Assembly: GCA_013239625.1 (NCBI GenBank) | Contig: MU054338.1 | Coordinates: 4,303,371 to 4,367,370 of the forward strand | Source: Lama guanicoe | Lineage: Eukaryota | DNA length: 64,000 nucleotides | Direction: 5' to 3' | Part shown: positions 63,822 to 64,000 of the stretch, piece after piece | Layout: each line of letters begins with the position of its first letter | Position numbering within the stretch: position 1 is the stretch's first letter | Position numbers and translations under genes: made by a program | Notes under the pieces: generated by a model | Database searches by the model: none | Seen by the model: the letters and a program-made list of their open reading frames with translations, nothing else | Told to the model about the DNA's origin: nothing

Positions 63822-64000
63822 CCTTTTTTTTAAAACTTTTTTTGTTGAGTTATAGTCATTTTACAATGTTGTGTCAAATTCCAGTGTAGAGCACAATTTT
63901 TCAGTTATACATGAACATACATATATTCATTGTCACATTTTTTTCACTGTGAGCTACCATGAGATCTTGTATATATTTCCCTGTGCTATGCAGTATAACA
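63822..64000 (-). mobile_element. Young L1 3' end, running off the window
   Basis: T-rich start; tttacaatgttgtgtcaa...ccctgtgctat motif shared with other copies in the window. Confidence 0.7.

Noticed and set aside
56230..64000. Search for TNFSF14 (next gene in the human cluster)
   Set aside because: No TNF-domain-like translation seen; it presumably lies beyond the window.

Overview
Mammalian genomic DNA, probably camelid (inferred from repeated copies of a tRNA-derived SINE resembling camelid Vic-1). The window covers part of the TNF-ligand cluster: TNFSF9/4-1BBL (+ strand, 3 exons, ~4018-6269) and CD70/TNFSF7 (- strand, 3 exons, 36888-40467), arranged tail-to-tail. The rest is mostly interspersed repeats: two large decayed L1s, many L1 3' ends, MaLR/ERV LTRs, DNA transposons, and a nested two-LTR class I ERV (48530-55365) with gag/pro remnants. 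The main observation is that both co-stimulatory ligand genes keep open TNF-homology domains, yet each lacks one essential signal as written. TNFSF9 has no in-frame ATG upstream of its transmembrane segment. CD70 exon 3 has no in-frame splice acceptor, and an MLT1 LTR fragment abuts it directly. This could be pseudogenisation, non-canonical initiation or splicing, or assembly error. Orthologue comparisons and repeat family names are from memory and were not database-checked; repeat boundaries are approximate unless a TSD is cited.
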